A stretch of DNA of 64,000 nt from Toensbergia leucococca (lineage: Eukaryota): assembly GCA_022813965.1 (NCBI GenBank), contig JALDZS010000124.1, positions 1 to 64,000 on the forward strand, given 5' to 3'. Every line of letters starts with the position of its first letter. The first letter of the stretch is position 1. A model generated the notes under the pieces. The model ran no database searches. It had not been told where the DNA came from and was given only the letters and a program-made list of their open reading frames with translations. This document shows positions 11,441 to 24,855 of this stretch, piece after piece. The position numbers and the translations under genes are program-made.

Positions 11441-14400
11441 TCACGGGGGTGGCGGCAAGTGATTTAGATCCTGAAAGTCCTCCATATTTGCAGGAGGAGG
11501 CCGTGTGCCACGTGGTCCCATATTCGGCGAGTCGCCGTATTGCGGCCGCCACTCCGATCCAGTCCAGCGCGTATAGGTATCCGGATGCAAGATACCGCGG
11601 TCGCGCAAGACTCGCCCGAATTGCACGATGCGGTTGTTACAGGTGCCGCCCGCTCGGTTTGATGGATTACCCGGCTCGAATCCTCCAGCGTAACGTGCAA
11701 CTGTTCCCGGCCTGTTGCAGTTCAGGATGTCCTGGCGCTCGTTGCGGCCACGAGGCAACTGCCTAAAATCCACACGCCAGTTGTTCAGGTTGTAGGGGCC
11801 TTGATCCGGATTGGCGATGAGGTTGGGGTCTTCAGGAGATCCGTTACCGCCGTAGCCGCCCCCAATACCTGTATTTTGGAAGACTTCTTGACCGTGGTAA
11901 ACGCTGAAGGAATTGATAGACGGATATTGTTGGCCGTTCCGAGTTACAATCTCTCGCGTGTGGAAATGGAAAATAGCGAATCTATCCGTATTCGGGTTCG
12001 TGTCGTGAACTCCAGTCTCTACCGTTTCCTGCAGCTCAGGGTGCCCACGGATGTCATATACCACTTTATTTCACGTCAGTACAACTCAATTATTACGGTC
12101 GTGACCAACGGAACGATTACATATCCTATATTCATCTAGGATTGATGATGTGGAGGTAGACATACCTTCTAATTCCATATCAACAAAATCATACGGCTGT
12201 CCTGGATTGAGAAGTTGGGGCCTGTAAGCAAGCTGAGTAATATACATCAATGGGATGGTATTATCAATAACTGCTTGCATGATTGCTGCAGTCCTTGGTT
12301 GATTACTGACGGGTGGGGGCGGCCGTGGTGGTTGACCTCTTCTCGGAGGTCTTGGAGGTGGCGCAACGACGTTCGTGTTATCTTCCTGAAACTTTCTTTT
12401 CTTCAACAGAATTTCTGTCAGAGATGGCCCGGGCGACAAGAGACATAGCTCCTCTGATTCGATGCGACAGTCTAGCACTGTGTCCGGGTCCTCATTACAG
12501 ATGTATTCACCGATCGATCGGGCAGGATCAAAAGGGGGCTGGTCATCTGCTTGCCAGGCTCGATCCAAGTTCACGTAGCTACGGAAGATTGAGTGTTAGT
12601 ATCAGTATCATCATATGGTACATTTGACAACGAAGAGATTTTCAAAACATGTCAAGTGACCAGAACCTGCTCTGTTACGTGTAACTGTTTGCGTAATGAA
12701 AAAGAAATGGGTACCATACTCGGTGGCTTGAAAGTCATATACTCCGTACTCCTCGCCCATGATGTCGTTCCACGCTTCAGTCAAATGAATCTTGACAGCA
12801 GAGTCGTTTTTGAATGCCGCCCACGTCTGGTCCAGCGTCGGAATGCCGCCCATGCTACCAAAACTTTGAGTGTCGAGGCCTCGGATTCCCAAATCCATGG
12901 AATCGGTAATTGAATAGGGCAGGTCAACGGGACAGGTGGGTTCATTCACAAAAGATTGAAGTTTGTTCTTATAGTCTGTGGTAAAGGCGTCATTATATCT
13001 GTGAGGTATTAGTCTCTCCAAATTTCATGACGTGAATAATACAGTACGTTGATGGAGCACCACAACAGAACGCACGCGTCCCTCCAAAGAAACAGTAATT
13101 ATCACTTGCGACAAGAGTCTTTCCCTGAGGACATTGCCCCGAACAATGCCCAGGTCTCGGAGAAGGCGGCGGATCTTGATCTCCCTTGGTATACCAATCG
13201 CAATTAGTATAGGGCGGGGGATCCTTGCAGCAGAATCGTTTCAAGTTGTTGCTGATGCCATCGTAATCGCAGGGCTGTTGGTTGTCTCCCGTATTGCTTC
13301 TAGCGAGCTCTTTGGGGAATTCTGATGTACAAGCATTGTCTCTCATGCAAAGTGATGCCGTTCCTTTCCACACACATTGATCACGAGCTTCGTCGGATGT
13401 AGAGGTCGTGCAGCAAAGGACTTTGTGGCCGCTAGAGCAACCTCCAGTATCGTACGTCAATTCAAGTTCCCCTGATTTGCAGTGGCCCTTGATACCGCAT
13501 GCGACCGCGGATCCTCGCCATTGACACGTAGGCATATCATTCGACGGACAACAGAAGGTCCTTTTCTGGTCCTTGTCGCAGCCATGGTCAACGCTGACGT
13601 CTCCCCCTTTACCATTGATCTGTTGCACGGCACCCCAACCGCTGGGACAAGTAGGACTCTTAGCGCAGTTGGTGATGAAACATGCTCCGCTTTGTTGAAA
13701 CGTTTGGCTACTGCTATCAAGTGACCTCTCTTTGCGGCCGGTGTTTGCAGATAGAGCATTAGCAGCGTCGCCGTTGGAATCGTCGAGGCTTACAGCCCAC
13801 ACCATTGTCCCACCAAGACAATGCTTATTAGCATAGTCAATTTTCATGCCCAGAGTTTCCTTATCGTCGTAGGACACCCACTGGTTGCCTCCAAAGGTGA
13901 CTTGTTTTACCGCTGCATCCTTGTCAAGAGTGACTTTGGCTCCTTTGGAGATAATATCCGTAATTTCAGTGTAAGAAAGCGTGCCGACGTTATCCGTGCA
14001 TGGTCCAGCATTACCTCCGGAAGAAAAGGGACAGCCAGCAGATGTACATGACGGGTCGCTGAGGGTGAAACCTGACTTCCAATCAGCCTCTTAACAGATA
14101 ATTTAACGCTAACATGGCTTACTTCTCCCGTAGAAACCTAAGCCGAGAACAACCTGATCGGGATCGATGTCATTTCGCCAAAGGAGATCCAAAGCAAGGT
14201 CAATTTCCGTGAGATTCGTATGAGCATTAATGATCGAACCAATGTACTTGTCCGTTGAGTCCCAGGTCCCGTGAAGATCATAAGTCATCATGTTGAACCA
14301 ATCAATCGTCTTGGCAATATTAACAATATCGAAGTTTTGTAGATACCAATAAGATGAAGGGATGGTGATAGAAAGCCCGTATTTATGGCCACCTGAGCCA

Positions 14401-15375
14401 AGAGCACGCTTCAGGTTCTGCAAGAAGGTAACGTAATTGGTGAAATCAGCTTTGTTGCCACTTCGCTCTGGTGCCACTGGATATTCCCTTGATCAAGTTA
14501 TTGATTTGTCAGTCACAAAGAAGTATTTGATTAGCATACCAGTCAATGTCAACTCCGTCGAAGCCGTAAGTTTGCATGAAAGACAGCAAAGATGAGAAGA
14601 ATTTGCTCTGAGCATCTTTCGATCCGGCAAGGTCAGAAAACGTTGCATGAGTCGACTGGTCTGGGTCATTCATGCTCCAGCCTCCTATCGATATCCAGAC
14701 TTGAAGACCAGGTGTTGTTTGCTTCAAAGCCGTAGTCCTGCTATATAAACCAACTTGATTGCTGTCCATAGGCGATACTTGAAAAGTAGAAGGATCTATA
14801 AATGCAAAAGCGAAGTTGAGATGGGTATAAGATCCCGAAGGAATATCTTCAGGCATCATGCCTCCAGACAGAGGCTGTTAGTTGTGGGCGAATCGGCGAA
14901 TTGATCAGAGAACGTACCACCACAGGATCGAGTCATGCTCCAGCCTTCATAGTAACCGACGGTTCTTTTGTTCGATGAAGTTCCGCCACAAGATGGAGCT
15001 TTGACTGTTTCGCTCCCACAGAAGTCTTTGGTTGTACCACCTGGGTGTGAATTGATCAGTAATATTCTATGATTTGGATAAAAAGGCCGGTTGAGACTTA
15101 CAGAATCCATATTTACTGCAGCAAACATTAAGAGGACACTTTTCTCTACTTGCCCATTGCGAACCCCAACCTGGATCGCAGTCTGACTTGCCATCGCAGC
15201 TAGATTGACACTTGTCAGGAGCGCAAAATGTAGGGCCGAAGCCACAGACACCTCCTTTAGAACAACAGCCAAGTTTGCAGGGTATCTTATCAGTGCAAGT
15301 ATAATCGTCTGCTAGACTTATGGAAATAAGAAGACAAGATATGGCCACAATTGACCAATTGGTGGAAAACCTCAT
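11441..15375 (-). CDS. Subgroup C (killer-toxin-like) GH18 chitinase: signal peptide, CBM18/hevein domains, GH18, Cys-rich repeats, uncharacterised C-terminal domain
   Basis: MRFSTNWSIVAISCLLISISLA signal; CPLNVCCSKYGFCG chitin-binding motif; RTVGYYEGW; SIGGW; catalytic FDGVDIDW/EYP split by an intron; MTYDLHGTWD; LGGTMVWAVSLDD. Introns 12999-13047, 12579-12719 and 12064-12165 join the downstream ORFs in frame to the stop at 11441. Confidence 0.92.
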
Positions 15376-16335
15376 AACTGTCAACAGACTCAGAAATCAA
15401 GAGAAAAGCCTCTGAATGTCGACTTGAGGAGACATCTATAGGCAAACGTTCAAGGTACGAAGCGGTGATCAAAGAGAAGGATTACAGGATTATGGGTATG
15501 TACTAATCCCACGAGCCCCACGGGTACGGGGGAGGCCAATCCCTGATAGTCCATGTTCCAAGAATACGCCTCCAGGCAAGGCGAAATCAGGCAGTCATCG
15601 GATTGTTCAGGGCACAGCTCAAGCAGGATTGTCCCTGATGCATAAAATTAGAGTGACAATGGACGCAGCCTGTCCACATAAGGAACGATTGTCGTTGAAA
15701 GTAAAAGTACAATACACTGTAATACTCGTATTTATCTTGTGACATTTACCTTATGGACAGTTGTTTCAAGTATTCTATTTAGTTCTATCTATCGTATTTA
15801 ATCTAGAAACTCCAAATGTCTTGACCACTTTCGCTCTTAATGGCGGTGATGGTTTGCTGAGATACTCAAGTTATGGACAGGTGAACAAAGGAATCTTTTC
15901 ACTGCCATTTCCATGTCCGACTGGGCCATCATGGGTTGCGTGTTCGAGGCTGTTCAACAACAAATGCGGCTGAACATTGCTACGCCGATAGGAAGGTATT
16001 CCGGCATGTTCATCCTTCCGACTTGCTTCACCGAATTTCTCCATATCCCAGTGTCTCTCAAATGGCATCTCTGACACAATCCTAACGGTCAAAGTCTAGC
16101 GCTATGCAGGTCACAGGTGTTCTACCCGCCGCAGTGGCTGCCTTGGTACCAGAAATGGATCATTCCTGAGCCTGATCCTATGGCATCTTCCAAGCTGCAA
16201 TTTGCTTGCCTTTAATTTTGCAGCCCTGAACATGTTTTGGGTTTGAAGAGCAAGCTGTGCTCTCTCATTTTTCCTTTTTCTTAGCAATTTGCCATACGAG
16301 TGCTGTTTTCTTGAAGAATATTGCCCTTTCCCAAA

Positions 16336-18348
16336 ATGTTGCATATACTCATAGCCGTTACGTTGAAAATTATCATCTTTAGCTCGACAACATGCGCGCA
16401 GATTCAATTCTTTCCAGATGGCTTTACCTCGGACAATGTCGTCTCAACCGCTTGTGCGACAGCTCTCAATGCCACTATTGATTGCAATTCTATGTTCGCT
16501 TTCTATCCAAACCTCGACTACCAAGGACCTTTCAACTCGACCGCTCTGGACCAATTCTGCTCTGTTAATTGTTTCCAGTCTTTAGCAACATATCATGACG
16601 CCGTAGTACAAGCTTGTGACAATGATCCCGATCCTTGGGATGGGATCACTGCGACTTTCGGTGGCGACAGACTTTGGGCATATCAGAATCGTACATGTCT
16701 AAAAGACAAGTCCACGGGCGGATACTGCAGTGGTAGGTCTCTGTATTCTTACCGAGACAGCGAAATTTCCTCCCAGCAAGCATATACCTTTGTAGCGGTC
16801 CTAAACGAGGTCGTGAGCTGTCAATATTGGAACTCTCTGACATGCGGCATTTTCTTTATCAAATAGACTAACGATCTTGTAGATATCATTCGCGAATGGT
16901 CTTCAACGCTTCCAGAGATCGATATTGCGTTGCCAGATGTTCCGAAGCAATATTTGTGTTCTCCTTGTTACTTGAGTTGGCTTCAAGCAATCCAAAGTAC
17001 ACCGTATTCCAACTACGATGAAAGTTTTGTAGAGCCATACAAGGCAGCCCAAGCTAGTAAGCTTTCTTTCGCCTCTGACTTGGTGTCAGAATAGGACTTG
17101 CAACCTGCCATCAGTGCATATGTATTACAAGGTATTTAACTAACGTTATCAGTCTGTGGAGTCAGCTATCCAACAGACGTACAACCATTACCATTGAACG
17201 TAACCCAGTACACTCCTCCTGGTTATAGTGGCACCACTTCGACAAGTGTTAATTGCTCATCTGGAATGTTTGTTTCTGTTGCATCTGGAGATACTTGCCA
17301 GGGAATTTCCGCAAAGAACAGTGTATCCACGGGTGCTCTGCGAGTCATCAATGGACTTTATCCGGATTGCAGCAATTTGATGGCAGGAGAGAGCATGTAG
17401 GTGATATCCTGGCAGTCTGCATCGCTTGCGTAGTCAACCCTAACACGTTCAAAGCTGCCTGCCCCAGACCTGCCAGATATATACTATACAAGCAGGTGAC
17501 ACATGCTTCAATATTGCCACCCTCCACCGCACCACGTTCATGGGCATCATCTCATACAACCCAACTGTCGATAATGAATGCAGTAATCTCATCCAAGGCG
17601 AGACTATTTGCCTTTCTCCGCCCGCAGGGAATTACACGCCCACTGCAATCGCCGGCGCAACTGCAACGCAAAGCCAGTCGTTTGCCACTGCCACAGTCGC
17701 CCCGAAAGGTCCGACAGCCCACGGGACTACCACGCAATGTGGTCAATATTACCAAGTCCAAGTAAAGTTCTCCTTCCGGCACCTATTAGAGACCATAAAA
17801 CTTAACTAGTACCCCAGCCCGGAGACAACTGCCAACAAATTTCCCTCAATCAATCCATCTCTGTCCCGCTCTTTGAGCAAATCAATCCATCCATCAACAA
17901 AGACTGCACAAATCTCCTCCCTGGCCTGTACTACTGCGTGCAGCCGATGCGCAATTGGGAAGCCTACGCCACAATCGCACCTACAGTCACCACCTCACCA
18001 CCAGCGCCGACCAACTCTGGAACCACGGGCTCGTGTTACGAGTGGCACACGGTAGTAAGTGGTGATACATGCTCCGTTATTGAGACAGCATATGGTATCA
18101 CGGATGCGGATTTCCGAAATTGGAACCCGAGTATCGACGCGAATTGCTACAATCTAATTCTTGGAGACGCGTGAGTATTCTTTCTCTTATGTCGATGATC
18201 TCTTTCGACCCAAAAGCTGATGAATATCTCGCCTAGCTATTGCGTTAATGGTTCAGGGGCAAGTGCCGCTAAAACAAGAATTACTATTATTGAGACAGAA
18301 GCTCTAAAGGGGATGGATTGGCAATTGGTTGTGCAAGAGAAGCTATGA
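16336..18348 (+). CDS. Secreted multi-LysM protein (about 4 fungal LysM domains, Cys-rich N-terminal domain)
   Basis: Signal peptide MLHILIAVTLKIIIFSSTTCA. LysM starts VASGDTCQGIS, LQAGDTCFNIA, VQPGDNCQQIS and VVSGDTCSVIE..WNPSIDANCYNL. Multiple GT-AG introns. Confidence 0.9.
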
Positions 18349-19511
18349 ATATGGTGTCGTATCAACATGCAGCAATGACATTACAACGTCAGATTTCATA
18401 GCGGCGTGAATTTGTGCACTTTGGAGCTAAGATGGCTAATAAGTGGTCTGACAAATGCAGGCTTCGCATGACCTCTGGATCCTTCATCAACACCTCTCCT
18501 CAAGTCAACCCTACCTATCTTCCCTACCTCGTTTCCCGTTTGAAAGATCAATGCAACGTCTTTGAAACAATTTCAATCAATCACTTAAAGCCTCGGTCAT
18601 GTTTCCCACTTCACCCTCTCCAGTCCTAATGAGCTTTACCTACACCATAGCCCTATAGGCGCCAATTATAACCTCCTTTCTTGTGTTCTGTACAATACCC
18701 TCGTGCTGATTTCAATCCTGACTGGGACCCACCCGACCCTCGTCCACCTGGTTCTCAGCAGCACTATAATCTACGCCGGTAACGTTGCTCTGCGCGCCCT
18801 TGCGCTTGCCACCTCGGGCCGCTACAGTCAGGATCTAGAGTTCGATGCCCTACTAGTGATTGAAAAGTCGGTTGAAGGGTATGGCGCAGACACTACCGGG
18901 GTCCTTCTTGCCGGGCAAAAGGACACAGATTCTATCTCTGTCTCTGACGGATTTTGGTCCGAGTAGGTTTTTTCATCTGGTCTTGTCGTAATTGCGCTAG
19001 CAGTGTTTTTCGGTCTATAGCTCAAAGAGCATGTAGACAGTAGAGTAAGTTAAAAACTTTTGATAAAGAAACAAACTTACCTAATAGCGGAACGGCTCAA
19101 ACTCAATGATGGATTATTGTGTCCTTGGTATTCTTAGAAACGTCGAGCAGACAAGGAAAACCCTGGTGAAGACGTCATGATCCCTACAATGTCGGCAGCA
19201 GAACTGCCGATATCCGTGGAATATTCTTCTCTTTCTTCTCTTTCTATTTCATGCGATCCTTAGTCGGGTTCAGCCTCACCAAGCTACCCAGAACTCAAAG
19301 TAAGAATAAACCAATCATGGCCTCTCTCGCTGCAATGTCTGACATCAATTTGGCTGCAAGGAACAGGGCTCAATCGAAGGCGAAATCTCGCTCTCTATTC
19401 TCTCTCGGCCGATGACTCCGCACTTTCTTCATTTTTCGTCGTCCTTTCGCCTTTTTGATGTGGTGTTGGCGAGGGTCCGTAAATCATTCGTTTGGAACTT
19501 AAAACTCCACC

Positions 19512-22032
19512 ATGTTTGGCACATGTTATCTAGCCATTTTTGTTTGCCTCTCAGTCGCATTGGCAGTTCCCCAGCAGAGCAGGTTAGCCCTATTGCAAGG
19601 CCAGGAGCCTCATCGCTAACCTCTTCCTCTTCGTCCAGCTACTTACAACAATGGCACTTTGACGTCGACGACCACCATCACATCAGAAATATCAGCATCT
19701 ACTTGCGCCGTCAATTGTACATATGTTCCTGTCGTCCAGCAGGTTTCGTTCTGGAACGCATATTATATTACCAATGTGACGGTCGCAACCCTGGTTGTCG
19801 TCATCGACGATACCACCAACACCACCAAAACAGTCACAAATTATGTTGAATCATTACTGGTGAATGGAGTCCCTCCAAGTAATACAGCCCAACCAACAAA
19901 CGCTCAAGGGACTGTAATTGAAGTCGTTACATACCTTGACAACTCCACTACTACCGTGTAAGCAACCATCCGAGCCTCTGAATCTTGTCGAATCTTCTAA
20001 CATCCACTCCAACAGCGCCTATCCAACCCCATTCTCAGACTATGAGCCCTCGTTTACATGGACTGGAGTATTTCCAAGCACCACAAACGGCCAGACTATC
20101 TGTGAGACAGCTGATACCGATGGAGCTGTCACTGCTCTCGGCCCGACGCACCCGCCCTTGCCCACCACTATATCGTATCCAGATTCTTCGAACAGATTTG
20201 GCTTCTCATATACTCTTGCAAGTGCCGGAGAATATGTGGATTCCAATTTTATCATATCTGCTTTTTCAGATCAGCCAGCAGGCCAAATTTTTCAGACTTG
20301 CTTGCAAGCAGCTGTCGAAGCCCCTGCAGTTGCCGCCTCAAGCGTCTCATATCTCACAGAAGTTTCAACTTCACATATCAAGGCCAATGCAGCCCTGCGG
20401 ACCTCGGCGTCTCAGACTCTCGCCCAAGAAACTCCAGCCTCCTCCACATCTGGCCCCAAAATTGCCCCCATTATTTCTAGTACACAGCAAGGGTCATCAA
20501 GCATCGAATCAACAGCCAACGGAGTAGTCCCTAGTGCTACGACGTCGAGCATTTCTCCTCTCCAACCGATTCCAGAGACCCAGACTGAGTCAAGCAGCGC
20601 ACCTTCGTCTTCACAGGCCGTCACAGACAACGCGCCATCGTCAAACGCAGCAGCTCCGCCTCAAGCATCATCTAATACTCCAGTACCTTCTAGTAATTCA
20701 GCGCCATCCAGTACCTCCGCCGCTACCAATGTTCTAGCACCCTCCAATGCTCCAGTATCATCTAATGCCCGTGCATCATCAGACGTCTCAGTGTCCTCCA
20801 TTGCGCCAGCATTGTCGAGTAACGCTCCTATTTTACCAGCTCAGTCAATCGCGGTGGGATCCAGCATCTTACCTATAAATACAGCCGAAGTTCCCACGGT
20901 TGTCTCCGGCACGGCGATCACAATATCCGCTGTCGTAATTGGAACACAAACTGCTGCCGTGGGGCAAAGTATCACCATCGAGAACACACCGGTAGTCGTT
21001 CAAGCTTCTAGCGGGCAGACCAATCTTGTGGTTGGCGGCAGCAGCACACTAATTTTTACTGCGACACCAGCAGTGTCTTTAGCGTCCGCTACGCCACAAC
21101 CGTTAGTAGTCAATAGCCAGACCATCACTGCAAACTCTCAGGGCCAGTATGTCGTTGGTAGCCAAACACTCATCCCCGGCGGTTCGGCAATCGTGATAGG
21201 CTCCGGCTCGTCTACTGCCGCCGTTGTATTGCAAACCAGCAATGGCCAGACACAACTCGTCGTGGGAGGCAGCACCTCACCCCTCCTTGCCGCTACTACT
21301 CAGATAGCGACTGCCGCCGGTCAAGTCCTTGCTCTTACCAACCCCTCTGCCATCGTCGTAGCTGGCACCACACTCACTCAGGGAGGCCCTGGCATCATCG
21401 TCTCGGGCACACCAATATCTCTCGGAAGTGCAGGCATAATTGTGGGCCCCAGCACCATTCCTATAACAGGCAGCGCTGGCACTCCACCCAGCTCCGCTAT
21501 AATCCCCGAAACCATAACCGCTGCGGGTCAAGTCCTAACTTTGACGAATCCCTCCTCCGTCATAGTAGCCGGCACAACACTCACCCCCGGCGGTCCCGGC
21601 ATCACTGTCTCCGGCACCCAAATCTCTCTTGGCACCGCAGGCCTCGTCATCGCATCCAGCACCATCCCCATCCCCACCTCAACACCATCATCACCGCCAC
21701 TGCTCACAATCGCCGGCACCACGTACACCCCCAATGCCGCCTCCGACTACGTAATCGCCGGCCAGACTCTCAGCCCCGGCGGCCCTGCCATTACAGTTTC
21801 TGGTACCCCTATCTCGCTGGCGCCGCATGCGTCCGCGCTGGTTGTGGGCTCGACCACTGTTTCGGAGAGTGCGTTGGGGAGCTATATTATGAGTGGGATT
21901 GGGGGGAGTGAGAGTACTGGGGCGACGGGGACTGCGAGTGAGACTGGAGTGGCTTCATTTACGGGCGGGGCGGCTGGGAGGGGTGTTGGTTGGTGGCTGT
22001 TTGGGGTGGTGGGAATACTGTGGTGGTTGTGA
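19512..22032 (+). CDS. Ser/Thr-rich, repeat-containing, putative GPI-anchored cell-surface protein
   Basis: Signal-like MFGTCYLAIFVCLSVALA; repeats of the type AGTTLTPGGPGITVSGTPISL; C-terminal FTGGA plus hydrophobic tail. Intron near 19958-20014 is in phase. Confidence 0.8.
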
Positions 22033-23840
22033 TTTTGGGGGTCTGTGAGATGGGCTGGGGGGGTGGGGTGGAGTCCTGGATGGAGATGTATATATTGTCT
22101 ATATTCGTATATGTAGTACCGATTCGGAAGGGATTTTTGTATATATATTCATTTATAAAAGCAAGAATGATATTAACTAGTCTCTCTCATCTGGAAATAA
22201 CATCTATCAGAAACCGTTCGTTTATTGGTTTGCATATCTTTCTTCTTCTTCTTCTTCTGTTCAATGAAAATACAATGACAAACTAAAAAGAAGAACAGAG
22301 AAGGGTGTTTCAGAGCAATGAGTTAAGATATCAGAGATATAAATCAGAGTCAAAAAAGAGGGAAGAGTGAGTCAATTTAAAGAATACAGATCAGGCAACA
22401 CAACAAAAAAAAAGAAAGAAAATATGTGTAATATGTGATGCGCAGCCCTGATACTGCGCCTAGATTCAAGCTGTCAACAAAAAAAAGAAGACTCTGACAG
22501 AACTGAAAATGAATTGTTTATTTCTCGAGTGCCTTTATTAAACATAGCCAAGAAATCCCATCACATGACTGATTCCCCGCTTGAGGATTCCACACGCAAA
22601 AAATAAAGGAGGTCAGAGTTTCCTCTCTTTGATTCCCCCTTTCCTGCTTGAACGCGTGCGAGATAAAATCCAACTCCGTCAAACCCTTAAAACGCCCAGA
22701 ATTTCCATCGCTTGCTCAACCTACTGCTCTCCCCCAATCCAGACAAATGATGAAATGATGCTTTACGCCAAAAGATCCCACCTGCTCGAATTACGATGAC
22801 TTTAGCCCTTCTGCCTCTCCCGAAAAGTCCGGTTGTTGGAATCTTGGCCTAGCTGGGGTTGTTAGTAATGGCTTATCTGAATCGCGAGCACGCATGCATG
22901 CAGAATATGAGATGCTGCTTCGGCAATAATTTTGCGAGAAAGGATATGAGTGTTTCATTTTTGCCGTGTTGAATTTCAAGTCTCTTATACCCCGCTGTAA
23001 GTATTATTCCTCGTGGGCTGTGCGTCAACGATTCGGGCTTCTGGGACGTGCTGTATAAAAGAGGCGCAGGAGAGCGGGAGAAGTATGGGTGGGTAAATCT
23101 GCGTTGATGAGGATTTCGATGCTCTGATTTTGGCCGTGGACAATGAGCAACATCGGCTGCGATGGAGGCCTTGGAATTGCCTCTTTTCCAAGAGAGAAGC
23201 GCGGCGCTGATAACCGGTTATGCAAGGCTTTGTTGACAAGGTCGTGGGTCAACGAACAGGGCAGCCAATTGTACTTTGCAGGCTCTGTTTTGCGCTTGCG
23301 GGGAGTTGGCGGCGGCGGCGGCTTGTGTTTTCAGGCGGTCACTCAACTGCAAACATCTCTCCGTACTTGGTGTGCCATGAAGATGTTTCGACGACCTATT
23401 TCATATCTTGACAAGGCTTTTTGAACATCTCAGCATCATGAATTGCGGGGTTTCACATATCCTTCAAAAAGACGCATTGCTAGTCGGATATAATGATTAA
23501 GCCATATATTAGCATGCTTCCGTTACTTTCCTCGAGATAAACTGCAGAGTCGTTCTCGTTGCCACCGTGGAACAGCACTACCGGCAATTCCCCATCATCG
23601 TCACTATCGAGGAACTATGCTAACTCGTGAGTCAAGGTCAAACGTGAGGATCTTGAAGGGTTGTCTACCTGACAATGAGGAAGCATGAATTATCTCACGC
23701 AACATCAGAAGCGATATGGCAGCTACCATAAAAGACGAGACCCAGTTCTAAAAGCTTTTGAGCCCAAATCCAGACCTGCCAAACCACAGGCAATAGCTTT
23801 GGGGATCGACGAAGTAATACGGTGCCCCGTCAACTCCACA

Positions 23841-24575
23841 TCATACCTGCGGTGGTGTGTTCGAAGAGAACATCAGAGTCGCTGCAGCTTGTGTGGAATT
23901 TCTATATGGGGAATGCCTGCAGGAATTTGTGATGAGATCGGCTGATGATGCTTCTGGGTTATTCGGTGGTGAAAGATCGGTGGGTGGTGTGTGAAGCTGC
24001 CCTCCTACCGCTACTACCCCTTCATCTACTTTCTTCTTCATCACAACCCTACTAGCTCTTCCGCGCTGCCCATCTCGCTGCTGCTGTGGTGCGCCGAGCA
24101 CCAGTGGTGTTCGTGGGCTCGATGTGGGAGGTGCAGCACACTCTTCATCTACTCGCTTATTGTATTGACTACTCAGGTCGGGATGACGTTCCAGAAACTT
24201 GGAAACCCAATTGATGCCCAATTTTCTGTGGTCTCCTCTTTCTATTAATATCTTGGCAGCCAAGTATCGGACATGGCTGACTTTTAGAGGCGATCCCAGT
24301 TCCGTCATGCCCAGGATCAATGACTTCAAAACTTGCTCCTCTACTGGGTTCAGTCGCTGCTGTAGTTTGTGGGCATCTTGATAAGGATGAGTTTTGCCAG
24401 CGATACGTCGATAAAGAGTGGAAGGAATTATGCCATATTTGAAGGCAATCGGTTTAACAGCAGGTTTTGGATTATGATGGTCGTAAGGGTGGGCCTGATG
24501 GGCTGCAAATGCTTTCTGATACTCATCAATTGCAAGATCCAGGCGCACCTGTTTAGGTAGCTCCTTTTCAGCCAT
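23841..24575 (-). CDS. pogo/Fot1 transposase-derived HTH_psq plus CENP-B-type HTH protein lacking the DDE domain
   Basis: IAFKYGIIPSTLYRRIAG, QQRLNPVEEQVL and LGINWVSKFLERHPDL, followed by an unrelated Pro/Ser-rich tail. Open, un-mutated frame. Confidence 0.8.
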   Translation of the reverse strand: MAEKELPKQVRLDLAIDEYQKAFAAHQAHPYDHHNPKPAVKPIAFKYGIIPSTLYRRIAGKTHPYQDAHKLQQRLNPVEEQVLKSLILGMTELGSPLKVSHVRYLAAKILIERGDHRKLGINWVSKFLERHPDLSSQYNKRVDEECAAPPTSSPRTPLVLGAPQQQRDGQRGRASRVVMKKKVDEGVVAVGGQLHTPPTDLSPPNNPEASSADLITNSCRHSPYRNSTQAAATLMFSSNTPPQV

Positions 24576-24855
24576 TGATACATAGATATCAAGTAGTGGA
24601 GAGATAATTCGATAGGATTGTGGTTTACGTGAGGTGGTTTGTGTGGTGCATTTAGAGTTTCCCGACATTTCCAAGATTGCATTGAGGATGATCACGTGTA
24701 GAATAGAATACGGATGCGGAGTATTCCTATGCCGAGACGCCGAGACGCGTTACTCGTCGTCTATCCGTACTCGTACTTGTATCCCTATGGAGTACGTGCT
24801 TTCCGTTACTATTCCATCAAGAATTATTCTCATCCACAGATAATGTGAATCGACA

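Noticed and set aside
18700..19030. Small ORFs downstream of the LysM gene as a possible immunity gene
   Set aside because: No ATG-initiated credible ORF or motif.
22580..23600. Short ORFs of coding-like composition
   Set aside because: No consistent frame or motif; possibly a gene remnant but unsupported.
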